Source: Neoechinorhynchus agilis (lineage: Eukaryota > Animalia > Acanthocephala). From it: 64,000 nt of DNA. The stretch is from NCBI GenBank assembly GCA_051530055.1, contig CM121342.1, forward strand, positions 10,369,480 to 10,433,479. Reading direction: 5' to 3'. Made by a program: the position numbers and the translations under genes. Under the pieces are notes generated by a model that made no database searches, was not told where the DNA came from, and saw only the letters and a program-made list of their open reading frames with translations. How positions within the stretch are numbered: the first letter of the stretch is position 1; each line of letters starts with the position of its first letter. Shown one piece after another: positions 12,021 to 24,134 of the stretch.

Positions 12021-14422
12021 GACGAAACTGTCCCCAAACGCGAAAGAATCAATGAGGTGTAGATCTTTCTGCGATTTTTCTGATCACATCGATACAGCAA
12101 ATTAACGGATTGGTTGTTTTTAGATCTCATTTAAATGCGACTTTGACATTAGCGTTGATTGCCCAAAAATATCAAGCAGTACTTTTTTCGTTAGGAACTG
12201 TCATAAACTGCATTCTTCCTTTCGTGTCGGCAAATTAAAATATATCAGAATTGCTCGGTAATCGTTCATTTTAGTGTTCTTTTTCCACTGGTTTCATTGG
12301 CCCTTCTTAATCTGGCCATTTTTCGTTCCTTTAAACTTGACGTATTTTCTGTTGTTTTGCCAAAAGTTTATGTCTCGGAGTAACCTCAGCACGTTATAAA
12401 CCTCCAGCTTTTTATATGGCATCTACCCCTCTTGCCTGAAAACTGCCAATGTATACTCTTTTCAAAAAAGGGCATCCTATTTCGGCCGAATCATTCCCTC
12501 CAATTTCCATTCTACCCGCCCTTTCAAAAGTCATCGAAAAATGTTTAAAATCTCGTCTTCCTTCACTTCTCCACGAAAAGTTATCGCCCCTACAATTTTG
12601 GCTTCCGGCTCAGATTTTCTGCAACCGATGCCCTACTTTGCATTTATGACACGCTTCTACGTAACATCGACAATAATCCCTCCCATGTAACCCGTCTCAT
12701 TCAACTTTATTTATCTAAGGCTTTCGACTCAGTGGACCATTCCCTCCTTCTCCGGGCCTGCTCCGATTTTGGTCTCAACTTGTGGCAGATCCGCTGGCTC
12801 GATTCTTATCTTTACAATCGCAAACAGTACATTCACTGCCGTTCTACCTTTTCTATCGGTCTATCCCTCTCCAAAGGCGTACCTCAAGGTACTGTCACCA
12901 CTTATCTTTAATATTTTCCTAAACCACTTCAAACCTCTCTCCTCTCACTCTAAACTCTTATACGCCACGATGTCACCCATTCACCACCCCACCTCTCCCT
13001 TTCTTTAACCTCCAAAGAAGGCACACACATAAAAAATTTCTGCACTGATTACAAACTCCATCTCAATTTCTCTAAATGCTTCGAAATGATCCCCTCTCTC
13101 CCGCAACCCCACATCATCCCCAGAGCTTCTAAGTGACATCCCGCGAGTAACCTCTCGAAGAATTCTGGGTATCCAATTTCAATCAAACTTGAAATGGGAC
13201 TCGCACATCACTCTCTCCCTCAAGCGCAATACTTTTAAAATTCATCTCCTCAAGCGCCTCCGACATTTAGGAATCGCTTCCATCTCTCACCTACGCTTAC
13301 CCCGTATTTTGCAACCTTTCCAAATCGCTAATCCGCCATCTTGAAATTCTTCACAAGCGCATCTAAAATTTGCACAACTTACTTTCCCCCTCTCACCGAA
13401 TGCCTTGATGCTATTTTCATTGAACAATCAAAACGCCTCTCAAGCCTACCACCACAATTTCTTCCACATATCGCCCCTTTTCACACGAGCACAAGACTCG
13501 TAATCCTAATTCGTTTCATCCTACCTCGCACCTCCCTACACCTACGCTCCTTTTCCCATGCTGCCCATAATTTCTCTGGGATATCATAAATTAAAATGAA
13601 CCAGAGGAAAGATCAACCTTACAAGCGCTCCTGTAAGCAATAAACACGAATTCAAACCAGGACCCTCCAACCCAACCGGATATTCTCAATCGAACGGACA
13701 CTTGCTCACCAGGACGAACCGTCACCGACTGGATAGTTCCCACCCGAATAGGCACGAGCAGATATTAAAACCCGAACTGACATCCCTCGACTGCATATTC
13801 CCATATTAACGGATGACGACCCGAAGGTACATGGGTCCTCCTAAACCTTTCTTCGTATCCAATAAACGTGTTATTATCATTATTATTCTGATATGTTCAT
13901 TAATTTGGATGATTCTTGCCCTTTGAAGATTTAATTTTCATATTCTTATCGGCGGATTGAATTGTTCATGTTTATATCTGGCGTAAAAATTAGAAGAATT
14001 TATTGATTCGAATATTCTGGCACAATCTTGTGCATTTATCGAGGTTGTTTAAGTGTTTTATTCCCACCGAAATATCGAATTAAATAAAATCTTTCAATTT
14101 TTCTGCCGCCGTATAAAAACAGATCGAAATATCGTAAAATGATGATTAAATTCATATTAGCACATTTTATATAGCCCTCGAATTAAAAGATCTTAATCGG
14201 GATTTTTCGTCTAATGTTTTTACTTGTGTTATAATTTGGGTTGCTTATGAACAGTCATTATCAATTCGCCGAGTTCTGAAACTGTCATTCATTTTTTCAT
14301 AAGGTTTCCTTTCGTTTGATTGATTGTTTCACCTCACTTTGTGTATCTTGGCGCAGTCACTTATTGAACTTTATAAATTAATTCATTCATTGATCCGTGG
14401 ATTCAAAACTTATCGCGTCGAG
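12021..14422. repeat. Copy of the ~950 bp segment at 22821-23769, split by a LINE (12021-12381 and ~13895-14422)
   Basis: Near-identical sequence on both sides of the LINE, from gacgaaactgtccccaaacgcg to aaaacttatcgcgtcgag. Confidence 0.9.
12382..13890 (+). mobile_element. 5'-truncated, degenerate CR1/L2-like LINE (RT domain and 3' UTR with TTA-rich tail)
   Basis: PISILPALSKVIEK, LSKAFDSVDHSLL and GVPQG RT motifs with frameshifts. The 3' end gaaggtacatgggtcctc...aataaacgtgttattatcattatt is shared with other copies. Confidence 0.85.
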
Positions 14423-15556
14423 AGCTTTTATTTAATTATTCATTAAATGGAATCTCCGATAAGTTAATTGTTAAATTCGATTGATCCAATGGTTTATAGG
14501 ATACGTATAATCCTATTTAATCGATATGCTTAAGATTATTCTTTTTATCATACACGGCTGAATGAACGCATAGTCCACCGATTTCTGTCTGGGAAAGCGC
14601 TGATCTGCGCTCAATGGCCAAGACTGTACGATTATGAGTTTGAACATCCTTCCGGATTCTCAGATACCTCCCAGCCACGCATAAGAATGTTAAAATTGGA
14701 AAGCTAATCCAGGATAATGTGGCGATGTTTGTACATTCCGTAGTTGTGCTTAGGTGGTCAAGTAGCTTTACGCGAATAAAACGAAATGCATTCGTTGATC
14801 GGTGATGATTTTGCGGGAAATCTCATAAACGGAATTTTAGTGTTCCGTCTTTATCTCTGTGACAACACAAAATTATGCTTATGCGTTTTTGGAAATTCAT
14901 AATGTTCACGATATTTGTTTGTGCTTTCATCGTGCCGGAGTTAATCTTTTCTGCGAACGGAGTATATTCCAAATATGTTTGAATAAGATTGACCGTTCAC
15001 TTCTTATGCGAACGCTTATAGGATTTTTTCATGAGTTATAAATCCGACCCCAACTCGGCGTAGTGCGAAACGATAAAGCAATGTAACTTCGAGGTCCTTC
15101 GCTGCTGCTGGGAAACCTGAACATTAGTAAGCTATAAGTACACTTTTCGAAGTCCTCAACTGTGATCGCAAATCAGCAAGACTACAAAACGGCAGACTCG
15201 GACAGACTCCGGTGACCAAAGCAACCGCCAATCTTCACCATTGTCTCAACCTATATTTTCTTCGACATGAACCGTGATGATCTCGGGCCAAGAAATCGGA
15301 TCTGGGATCACAAGAGCAGATCTCAGTAAAATTCGCAGAGGCCTGCTCTTCTCCTATGATGGAAATCAATGTAAGTAATCGCAATATGGCTCGAGCGTCC
15401 CTCGGGGGAGACGCGGTGCCCGCAATAGCTGATAACGATCTGTACCCAAATCGAATTACGAAAGCCCTGACGAATCATCGAATCTAATGCGATTAGCGAC
15501 GATAAGTGCACGTCGAGAATGACACTAAAGACTTTGGGACGTCATTCCTCTTATAA

Positions 15557-15564
15557 TGACGTCA
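15557..15564. promoter_or_regulatory. TGACGTCA palindrome upstream of MECR
   Basis: Exact motif about 420 bp before the MECR ATG. Function is inferred. Confidence 0.35.
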
Positions 15565-15975
15565 TTTTATGAGCATAGTAGGAAAAGATTTAATACTTGG
15601 GAAGTATAGAAACCTTCTTTCTTGAAAAAGAGACGCATTTCAAATGGCTTCTAAAGATACAAACAGAATGCAGATTGACTCTCAAACCATTTTAATCTTC
15701 GAAAATCAAGTGATTCAGAGACTTTTTGCTGTTTTTATTTATGCGTTCGAATTCTTTATAACTGTTCTTTTTTAGGAAAAGAAAACCTTATAATCAAGCG
15801 TTTCTTGGGGATGGCGTTTCCGCAGACATTGCGAGGGAAACGCTCAGGTTTATGAATCGTCTCGAAAAACGACCATTTCCAAAATTTTCCTTTTGTTATC
15901 ACTCGTCTTCCAAAGCAGAACTTTTCTTTTAGATAGATCGTTTTCTATTCAAAAACAAACAAAAGAAACGCCGAG

Positions 15976-18408
15976 ATGCTCCGTTGCTCATTCACTGTTG
16001 CTCGTCTTGTCAGTCGATCTTTCACCCCTCGTCAATCTTCGGTTCGACTAAGCCATCAGTTGAGCATCAAGGAGTTGAAGCTTACCAAATACGGAGAACC
16101 TGCAGATGGAACTGTTAAACTTTTTGAACGTAACGAAAATGTTAATCTTCAGTCAGGTCAGGTTCTTCTCAAACTTATCGCAAGTTCGATCAATCCTGCC
16201 GATATCAATGTAATACAAGGAAAGTATGGACATCTACCTAATGCATCGAAGGTTTATAGGTAACTTTTAAAGTCTATTTGATTTATATTTCAGTTTTTGT
16301 TCATTGACCCCAATGACCTAAATGGATCGATTTTATGGATTTAGGTCGATATTTCGTTGTTGAAATGTCGGGCATGGCCCTTTGTTCTACAAATCATCTT
16401 CTACAACATATTAGATTTTTCAATTTTATACACTGTAATCTCACAGGCGTCGGAAAATTGCTAATTTAAGAATCTTGTAAATGGTTAAAATTATCTTAAA
16501 CTCAGACAAAATAATATTTATACGATTTTTCCAGTAATACGTAGACCGGAATCAATAGAACCTTAGCATTAATAATAATTCATCCTTAAAAAGTATTGCA
16601 AATCATTTTACACGACTCTTTCTTACTAGTTTCATGAAAAATCCATCTTAATTGACGAACTCTTTCAAATATGTCTTTGTTTGAAGTTTTGAAGGCATCA
16701 TAGAAAATTAATGCATTAGTCGATTAACGCGACTTTAAAGCTACTCATAAAACTTACTATTATCAAAGTGTCGATATGTGAGGCAGAATTATTGTTTAGG
16801 TCTACACCCGGTAAATGATTATTTATTAAAGACGTTCTGCAAACCTCATAGAGTTCATCATAATTTTGTTTGATATTAAAAGACGTGATCTTAAGCATCT
16901 TTTAATAACTAACAAACCGATGATGAACCCGACGAGGTTCGCAGAACGTCTTTAATAAAACATTATTTACCGGGTGAAAACCTAAGCAATAATTCTTACT
17001 ACTATTAACAAATTCTTTAAAATGCATAATTGTTTTTAAATATTTTCTTACACAAAAGTAATTCTACTTTCCAGCCCTTTATAAAAACAGAATTTGATGA
17101 CCAATTTCTTCAGAATTGCTGATTTGTTTCGAAGTCTTTAATTCTTCACGAAAATTTTATCGGAGGTAAAAAAGTAAGCATAAGAAATTAATTTCACTAA
17201 TTTTTTATATTAGTTGAACTATTGCAAAAATTATTGTGGTCCGTTAAGACATTCATGTTAATTTATTGAGAACGTTAAAAATTTGTAAAAATTCTGATAT
17301 AAATTAAGGAACATCTTTAGCCTCCATTGCCCTAGAGGATGCATCAAGAATTCCTTTTCTGAATTGCGCATCTGATTCTCTGATATAAATGGTTGGCGGG
17401 GTCCTTTGCTGCTGCGATCAACTATTTTCCAACATTGGTTAAAAATTCTGCGGTGCTTGGTCCGACGGCAACAATCTGCACCAATTGAACACGGCACCTT
17501 AAACATTTGCGCCCAAGACCACTTTCTATTTTAGTGTGAGATCAAATTTAAAAATTATATTTCTCCCTTATATCCTAAACACCTTTGTTGCTAGTGAAAC
17601 TCTCCCAGAAGTAATAGGGAATGAAGCTGTGTTCGAAGTGATGGACGTAGGTGGCAAAAGTGATCAAATTGTCGCAGGCGACAATGTTCTCTTGGACAAT
17701 GTTGGTCAGGGAACATGGTGTTCGCATCTGATAGCCAACGAGAATCATTTAATAAAAGTTCCAAAAACTCTACCACTTGAGATAAAATCCACTCTATTGG
17801 TAAATCCATCAACGGCATTTCTGTTACTCCGTGAATTCGTTTCCTTAAAACCAGGCGATTCTGTGCTTATAAACGCTCCAACTACTCAAGTCGGTCGATC
17901 TGCGATTCAAATTGCCCGAGTCAGAGGTCTTAAAAGTATTTGTGTCGTTCGGTCGAAAACTGATGATGAAAAACAAATTGAGCACTTGAAACCTGATGTC
18001 GTATGTACCGAAGAGCAACTTAGGATTAAGAACGCTTGGAAAGACGTCGGCAAACCCAAACTAGCCTTGAATTGTGTTGGTGGTAAGACCGCAACTGATA
18101 TGCTACGAGTGCTGGCCCATGGAGGAACTATGGTAACTTTCGGTGGCTTGTCGATGCAGCCTCTCACAGTTCCAACCGGGAGCTTGATATTCCGCGATCA
18201 AAAATTCGTAGGATTCTGGCTATCAACATGGCGCCTTACTCACGGGACAATGCAGTTTGCTAAAGTCATCGATGAAGTAGCCAAGATGGCGAGCGAAGGA
18301 AAATTGGAAAAACCAGCTTGTAAAACGTTTAAGCTAGACGACTTCCAAAATGCTTTGGAGTATTCAGTCTCACGTCAAAGAACGGAAAAGTGTCTGTTTG
18401 TAGCGTGA
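15976..18408 (+). CDS. MECR: Mitochondrial trans-2-enoyl-CoA reductase (2 exons; intron ~16260-17594)
   Basis: Arg/Ser-rich presequence, YGEP, SINPADINVIQGKYG, GNEAVFEV, GTW, LLVNPSTAFLLL, LALNCVGGK, GGTMVTFGGLS and IFRDQKFVGFWL. A phase-2 GT-AG join restores the frame. Confidence 0.92.
16786..16993. mobile_element. MITE-like hairpin (~97 bp arms) in the MECR intron; half copy at ~20650-20735
   Basis: gaattattgtttaggtctacacccggtaaat...ttaaaaga is complementary to tcttttaa...atttaccgggtgaaaacctaagcaataattc. Confidence 0.75.
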
Positions 18409-19228
18409 TTTGACAGAACTATGATTTGAGGCTTAGCAATGGTTGAATAAAAATGAAAAATACTCAAAATTTTAGTCGCGGAGTTCGAAAAGCCAGAAGA
18501 TGCGTAATTTTTGTTTGGATAATCGATTTCTGTCAATGAAAAAAGTTGATAAAAAATAATGAGCTGTAAATTGCTTAGTAAATGTCACATTAAAATGGCA
18601 TTCTCTGATTTCTATAAGAATACTTCTACCCTTTATTGAGTTCATTGCCATGCTCCATTTTAGAGATCTCGAACCTTTTGATTGCCACAGCTTAATATTA
18701 GAGCCTGAGTTCGCTTATTGGTTTCTGGAGAATGATCTGTAAATTGCTTCGAAAATTTCACATAATAGGTGAATTCTATTTCGTTTAGAATAATTTTATC
18801 CTTTGTTGAGATCATCGCATTTCGCGATTTGCGAGGCCTCGAAACTTTTCAATAAATTGCCAAGAAATCAGTAAAGTTGCTCTCACAACCCGAACGCATT
18901 GATTTTCGGATTCTGGAGAATGAACTGTAAATTGCTTCGAAAATTTCACAATAAAGATGCCATTGAGCAAATTTATTCTTCTTTAAGTTCATTGCCGTTT
19001 TCCCTTCAAGATCTTTCAAATTCGTCGGTATTCTCGACTCGAATTCTGGCTGCATTTGCGCCGGTGATTAATATTACACCGATAACAACTGAAGTTGGCG
19101 ATGAGCCGCGCTCTAAGCAGCTTATTCGAAATGAATTGCTTTGATATTTCAGCGCTCGTTTGATTGATCGCCGCACACACACATAAACTTGATCATTCCG
19201 TCATTTGGCACGCGAACACTGCCCGTTT

Positions 19229-19774
19229 ATGGAGACGAAAATTTCGATCTTGTTTTTCGCAGTTCATCTACTCACTATTGGATTCTACCATTATGTCGTT
19301 CTGGGATTGACTTATTTGCTAGTCGAGGAAGATTTCAACATTCATTTAAGTGCTTTAAGGATTGTCTTAGGGTGTATTGTTATGCTCTGTTCGTTATACG
19401 CTCAACAAGTCGCCACTACAAAATCATTTCAAAACCAAAAAAGATTGTTTATGCCCTGCGATTATTTCAGTAAAACAAGACTGCGAAAATATCTCGGTCT
19501 ACTTATTATGACAGTCTTACAAGCCGTAAACTCTTCGGTGTTCGCCGTTGTATTTGTCAAATTATCAAAACTGAATAGAACTCTTCTGGTTTTTGAGGAA
19601 TTTGTGTTAATTATAAAATTAACAATTGACCTTTTGGGCTCATTGTGCATCGCTCAACATATTTACGCCATTGTATGGACAAATCAAAGAATGGTACTTT
19701 TAGACGAACGTTGGTATCAGGCAATCATTCCAAACTACCGGAAGAGATGTGACTTTATATCAGCTATTGTGTAG
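19229..19774 (+). CDS. Orphan membrane protein with about 4 predicted TM helices (181 aa, intronless)
   Basis: Uninterrupted ORF with four long hydrophobic stretches, preceded by a CA-repeat tract like those before other genes here. No family recognised. Confidence 0.6.
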   Translation: METKISILFFAVHLLTIGFYHYVVLGLTYLLVEEDFNIHLSALRIVLGCIVMLCSLYAQQVATTKSFQNQKRLFMPCDYFSKTRLRKYLGLLIMTVLQAVNSSVFAVVFVKLSKLNRTLLVFEEFVLIIKLTIDLLGSLCIAQHIYAIVWTNQRMVLLDERWYQAIIPNYRKRCDFISAIV

Positions 19775-21504
19775 ATTTATTTGAATAATTTAGAGAAGAA
19801 ATCGGTTCTTTGATTTGAAGTATTCTGGTTTAAAAGAAAGTCAGGAATTAAGAATTATTAGCTTATAAGACTATCGCCTTAAGAACTGACATAATATCCA
19901 TGAACTGATTTAGTATCTGTCACTGTTTTTTATGACTATATCGATGAGATTTCACTTTCAATGCTTATTCTACAAAATTCTCTTTTGAAGATTTAATTAT
20001 TCATGTTTTTTATGGCGGAAAAATAGAAGGATATTTATTAAATCCGATATTTCTGGATCTCTACCTCTATCATCATTCGTAACGAAAAATCCAATATTAT
20101 CTAGATAATAGGTTCAGAAACCTAGGAGCAATTGAAGCGCTACTTCCATTTTTGTCTCTTTGTTCGCTCAATAGAACATTAAGAAAAGGAAACATCCCAT
20201 TTGTCAAAGGAAGGCTGTATCAAAGCGGAGGGATTGTTTGGTTCAAAATGTGTCAATACCTAATACTATACTAAACGTTTTTGCTCGAGTAGCATATCCG
20301 TCCGTCGATATCGAAATACTTTATAGTATTGTACACTAACTTTGAAATTCTGCAATTATTGCCTTTGCGAAAAATCACTAAGTGCAAAAACGTTAAACTT
20401 ATCTGCCTAACAAATTGAATACTTCCAAAAATTGTTATACTATTTTTTACTTCAAAGGTGCAACCATCATTATTTGGAATTTCGATGTCAAGTTACGAGT
20501 GATCTGTGTGCCACAGATTAAAGAGGATAATTCATACGTTCCGATAACCAGAAAGCAACTTTTCTTCAGGGCGCTAACATAAGGCATTATTTAATAGCTT
20601 ACAAAAATCATTGGATCTTGTGTCGATATGTGAGGTACCGGGGAATGTGATTGAAATTATTGTTTAGAACTCTTCATTCGGTAAATAGTTATTTCGATTA
20701 AAGAGGTTCTGCGAACCTCATCGAGTTCATCATCAGTTATAAAATACAAGTGGATGAGTAATTATTTCGCTCTCACACGCAGTTGTGCAGACAGAGTTTG
20801 TATCCTCGTTGACCATTCGTGTCCGATTTCTGTTCTTTGATTAAGAAGTTCGACGTTTAAAAGAGATAAACGTTGATCGTACCTAATCGAATTAAGAGAA
20901 ATTAATAATTAAGCACTTAAGATTCATCGATAAAACTTGTGCGTAAAGAACACAGAAGGTAAATGTTTTAACATTTATGGACTTCAATTTCGTACATTTT
21001 GAGCATGAAACAGAGGTTATTTATTGGAGAGAAATCCGTTGGGGCGAAAGGTATGAACGTTCCCATTCATTGTGACAGGCATATTTTTTGGACAATTAAA
21101 GTTGACTGATTGAAAAACTTACAGACAATAATGACCGATACAATCAGTCGACACTTATACATTCGACTTTAACGATCCCCCCTTTCAGTTGTCGACAAAC
21201 GACCAAAATAATAACAGATCTCTAACCACTCGATCGAATGCAATCCTCGATAAAAAGATTATTTTCGATATAATATGACATTAGTAAATAAAAATAGCAT
21301 GGATCGTAATTGGGTGAATCAATTTCGGTATTAGTCCAACAAAATCGGTTGTGTCAAAAAGCGCCATTAAAGATTGAATTCGGATTGAGTATAAAGCACA
21401 ATTTAATGAATTGTGTGACTTTTCTCGCCCATCTTCTCAGTCGAGAAATGCGCTGCGTTGTCCTTAGGGACAAATCCAACTTGGTTAGCAGTTAAGTCAA
21501 CGAT

Positions 21505-21640
21505 TACGTAAATTCGCTTCTTGAGGACACGCTCAAATATCTTCATTGTAGGCAATAAGAATCCAATCGGGCGATAGTTAGCGCATTCTGCTGAATTGCC
21601 TTTATTTTTCCACCACAGTATTACTACATTGCCAGTGGTT
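21505..21640 (-). mobile_element. Short RTE LINE fragment
   Basis: The minus strand reads WKNKGNSAECANYRPIGFLLPTMKIFERVLKKR, homologous to the start of the RTE at ~38185. Confidence 0.7.
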
Positions 21641-21929
21641 CAGTCTCATTAGTGATCTTATTGAACAATCCTATCAAACGCCACACTGGATTCCAGCTCT
21701 TGGCTTTAGAGAGTTCCGTTGCTATATAATCAAGACCGGTTCTTTTTCTGCTTTCATTTCAATGATCGCAAAAACCCTTAAAAGCAACACAAAAATTCAT
21801 ATGGTTAAAAGTACACAATACAATACATTTATGCTATTATGTACGATCGATCATGGTCACTATTGGATAAAGACAAATCTACAATGAACAAAAATAAATA
21901 AAGTTCATTTTTTTGTTCACAAATTCCTC

Positions 21930-22640
21930 CTTTTCGTCCAATTCTGCAACTCTCGTCATGATTCGCAGCATTGTCGCGTTGGATCGCCCCGTTGATTCGC
22001 TGTAACAGGAAGCTGCTGGATCGCATATCGCCGGTGGCATGTTTTAGCATCTTTCCCAGTCGAAAAAGGAAATAATCAGCTTCTTTTCCGAGGCATCCCA
22101 GCGTTTCCACCGCAATCGGGATGAACATATATTGATGCCCATTCCTCACTGAAGCTGGCGACTGCTCCCGACTTTGAAGTGGCATCCCGTAAGTGGGACG
22201 CTGCGAGTGTGTTGAGGCAAGTAAAATCCCAAGCCAGTATTTTCCCGGAACACCATGGGAGGAGCGTTTACCGTCATTCCGGGAGAGTCCGACTGGTTCG
22301 AATCGAGCGAGAAAACCGTCCGTTGAGAGGGCCTCCCTGATTATGCGGTTGACTGCTGAGTGCCGTGCGTGGCGAGCATTTGAACGCTTGCAGTCAAGGC
22401 CGTGAGTTCTCGACCTCCCCGCCGACATATATGAGCCTGATAAATTGATGCCAACTGAAGTACCACAGCGACGGTGATGGCTTGGCCATCCAGCCTCGTG
22501 CCAACAGCCGTGATCGGGAAAGCCTTCAAGAAGTCGCTTGAGCGTGGAGCCGAGACTGCCAGGAGACGAGCTCTATCGGTGGAAGATGAGCATGAGTTGA
22601 GAAGCCGCGGATAGGACGCAGTGTGAAGCGAGGCAGTTCA
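21930..22640 (-). mobile_element. Degenerate CRE-type (RLE) non-LTR retrotransposon, 3' fragment
   Basis: GLDCKRSNARHARHSAVNRII, FIPIAVETLGCLG and LLQRINGAIQRDNAA: the CCHC/RLE C-terminus, with frameshifts. Confidence 0.8.
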
Positions 22641-22820
22641 ACGAACAAAATAATCATAAGAATTTCATTGGCCGAAATAAACTTAACATTTCTCAATGTT
22701 TTTAATCGCAGAAGTTTCTTCCGCCAGTATATTGCAATCTTGCGGAGAAAATGGCACCAAGCGCTGATTTGACTCGTTAACACGAAAAAATGAATTTTAA
22801 AAAAGCAAACAGTGTCAAAT

Positions 22821-23769
22821 GACGAAACTGTCCCCAAACGCGAAAGAATCAATGAGGTGCAGATCTTTCCGCGATTTTTCTGATCACATCGATACAGCAA
22901 ATTAACGGATTGATTGTTTTTAGATCTCATTTAAATGCGACTTTGACATTAGCGTTGATTGCCCAAAAATATCAAGCAGTACTTTTTTCGTTAGGAACTG
23001 TCATAAACTGCATTCTTCCTTTCGTGTCGGCAAATTAAAATAAATCAGAATTGCTCGGTAATCGTTCATTTTAGTGTTCTTTTTCCACTGGTTTCATTGG
23101 TCCTTCTTAATCTGGTCATTTTTCGTTCCTTTAAAGTTGACGTATTTTCTGTTGTTTTGCCAAAAGTTTATGTCCCGGAGTTTTCTTTTCTAATGGGTTC
23201 ATTAATTTGGATAATTTTCGCATAAAAAGTCGAAATATCTTTGAAGATTTAATTTTCGCGTTTTTATTTGACAGCCGAAAAATTAAAGTAATTTGTTCGA
23301 AGATTGAATTGTTCATGTTTATATCTGGCGTAAAAATTAGAAGAATTTATTGATTCGAATATTCTAGCACAATCTTGTGCATTTATCGAGGTTGTTTAAG
23401 TGTTTTATTCCCACCGAAATATCGAATTAAATAAAATTTTTCAATTTTTCTGCCGCCGTATAAAAACAGATCGAAATATCGTAAAATGATGATTAAATTC
23501 ATATTAGCACATTTTATATAGCCCTCGAATTAAAAGATCTTAATCGGGATTTTTCGTCTAATGTTTTTACTTGTGTTATAATTTGGGTTGCTTATGAACA
23601 GTCATTATCAATTCGCCGAGTTCTGAAACTGTCATTCATTTTTTCATAAGGTTTCCTTTCGTTTGATTGATTGTTTCACCTCACTTTGTGTATCTTGGCG
23701 CAGTCACTTATTGAACTTTATAAATTAATTCATTCATTGATCCGTGGATTCAAAACTTATCGCGTCGAG
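22821..23769. repeat. Uninterrupted copy of the ~950 bp duplicated segment
   Basis: Matches 12021-12381 plus ~13895-14422 and lacks the LINE. Confidence 0.9.
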
Positions 23770-24134
23770 GGCGAATCTTCGGCCAATGAAAAATAAAAAT
23801 GAGATTTTTATTCTAGTTTTTGTTTGCACAGGTTTAGTATTTTTGATAGAATGAACAATTCTCTTTCATTATCCATTAAATCGTCTGATGTTGTTTAAAG
23901 GCAATCAAATTTTATCTCATAATTCTGAAATCAGTTTTTGCAAGGTCTCAATTTAGATGATATTAGTCACAATTTTAAATTTCGGTCAAATTCTTAAAAC
24001 GTTTCCTAACAATAATAGTTGTCCAAATATTTCATTGAAAGCGTGATTTTACCGATCAACGAGTAGCTTGCCATCTCCCAATGGTCGCCGCCGATTAAAC
24101 AGAAGCGTTTCTTTATTTCAGAGATTCTGTATCA

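Noticed and set aside
14560-15520. Possible gene or integrase remnant between the duplicated segment and MECR
   Set aside because: Only a 36-bp match to ~49505-49545 and short unconnected frames; too weak to call.
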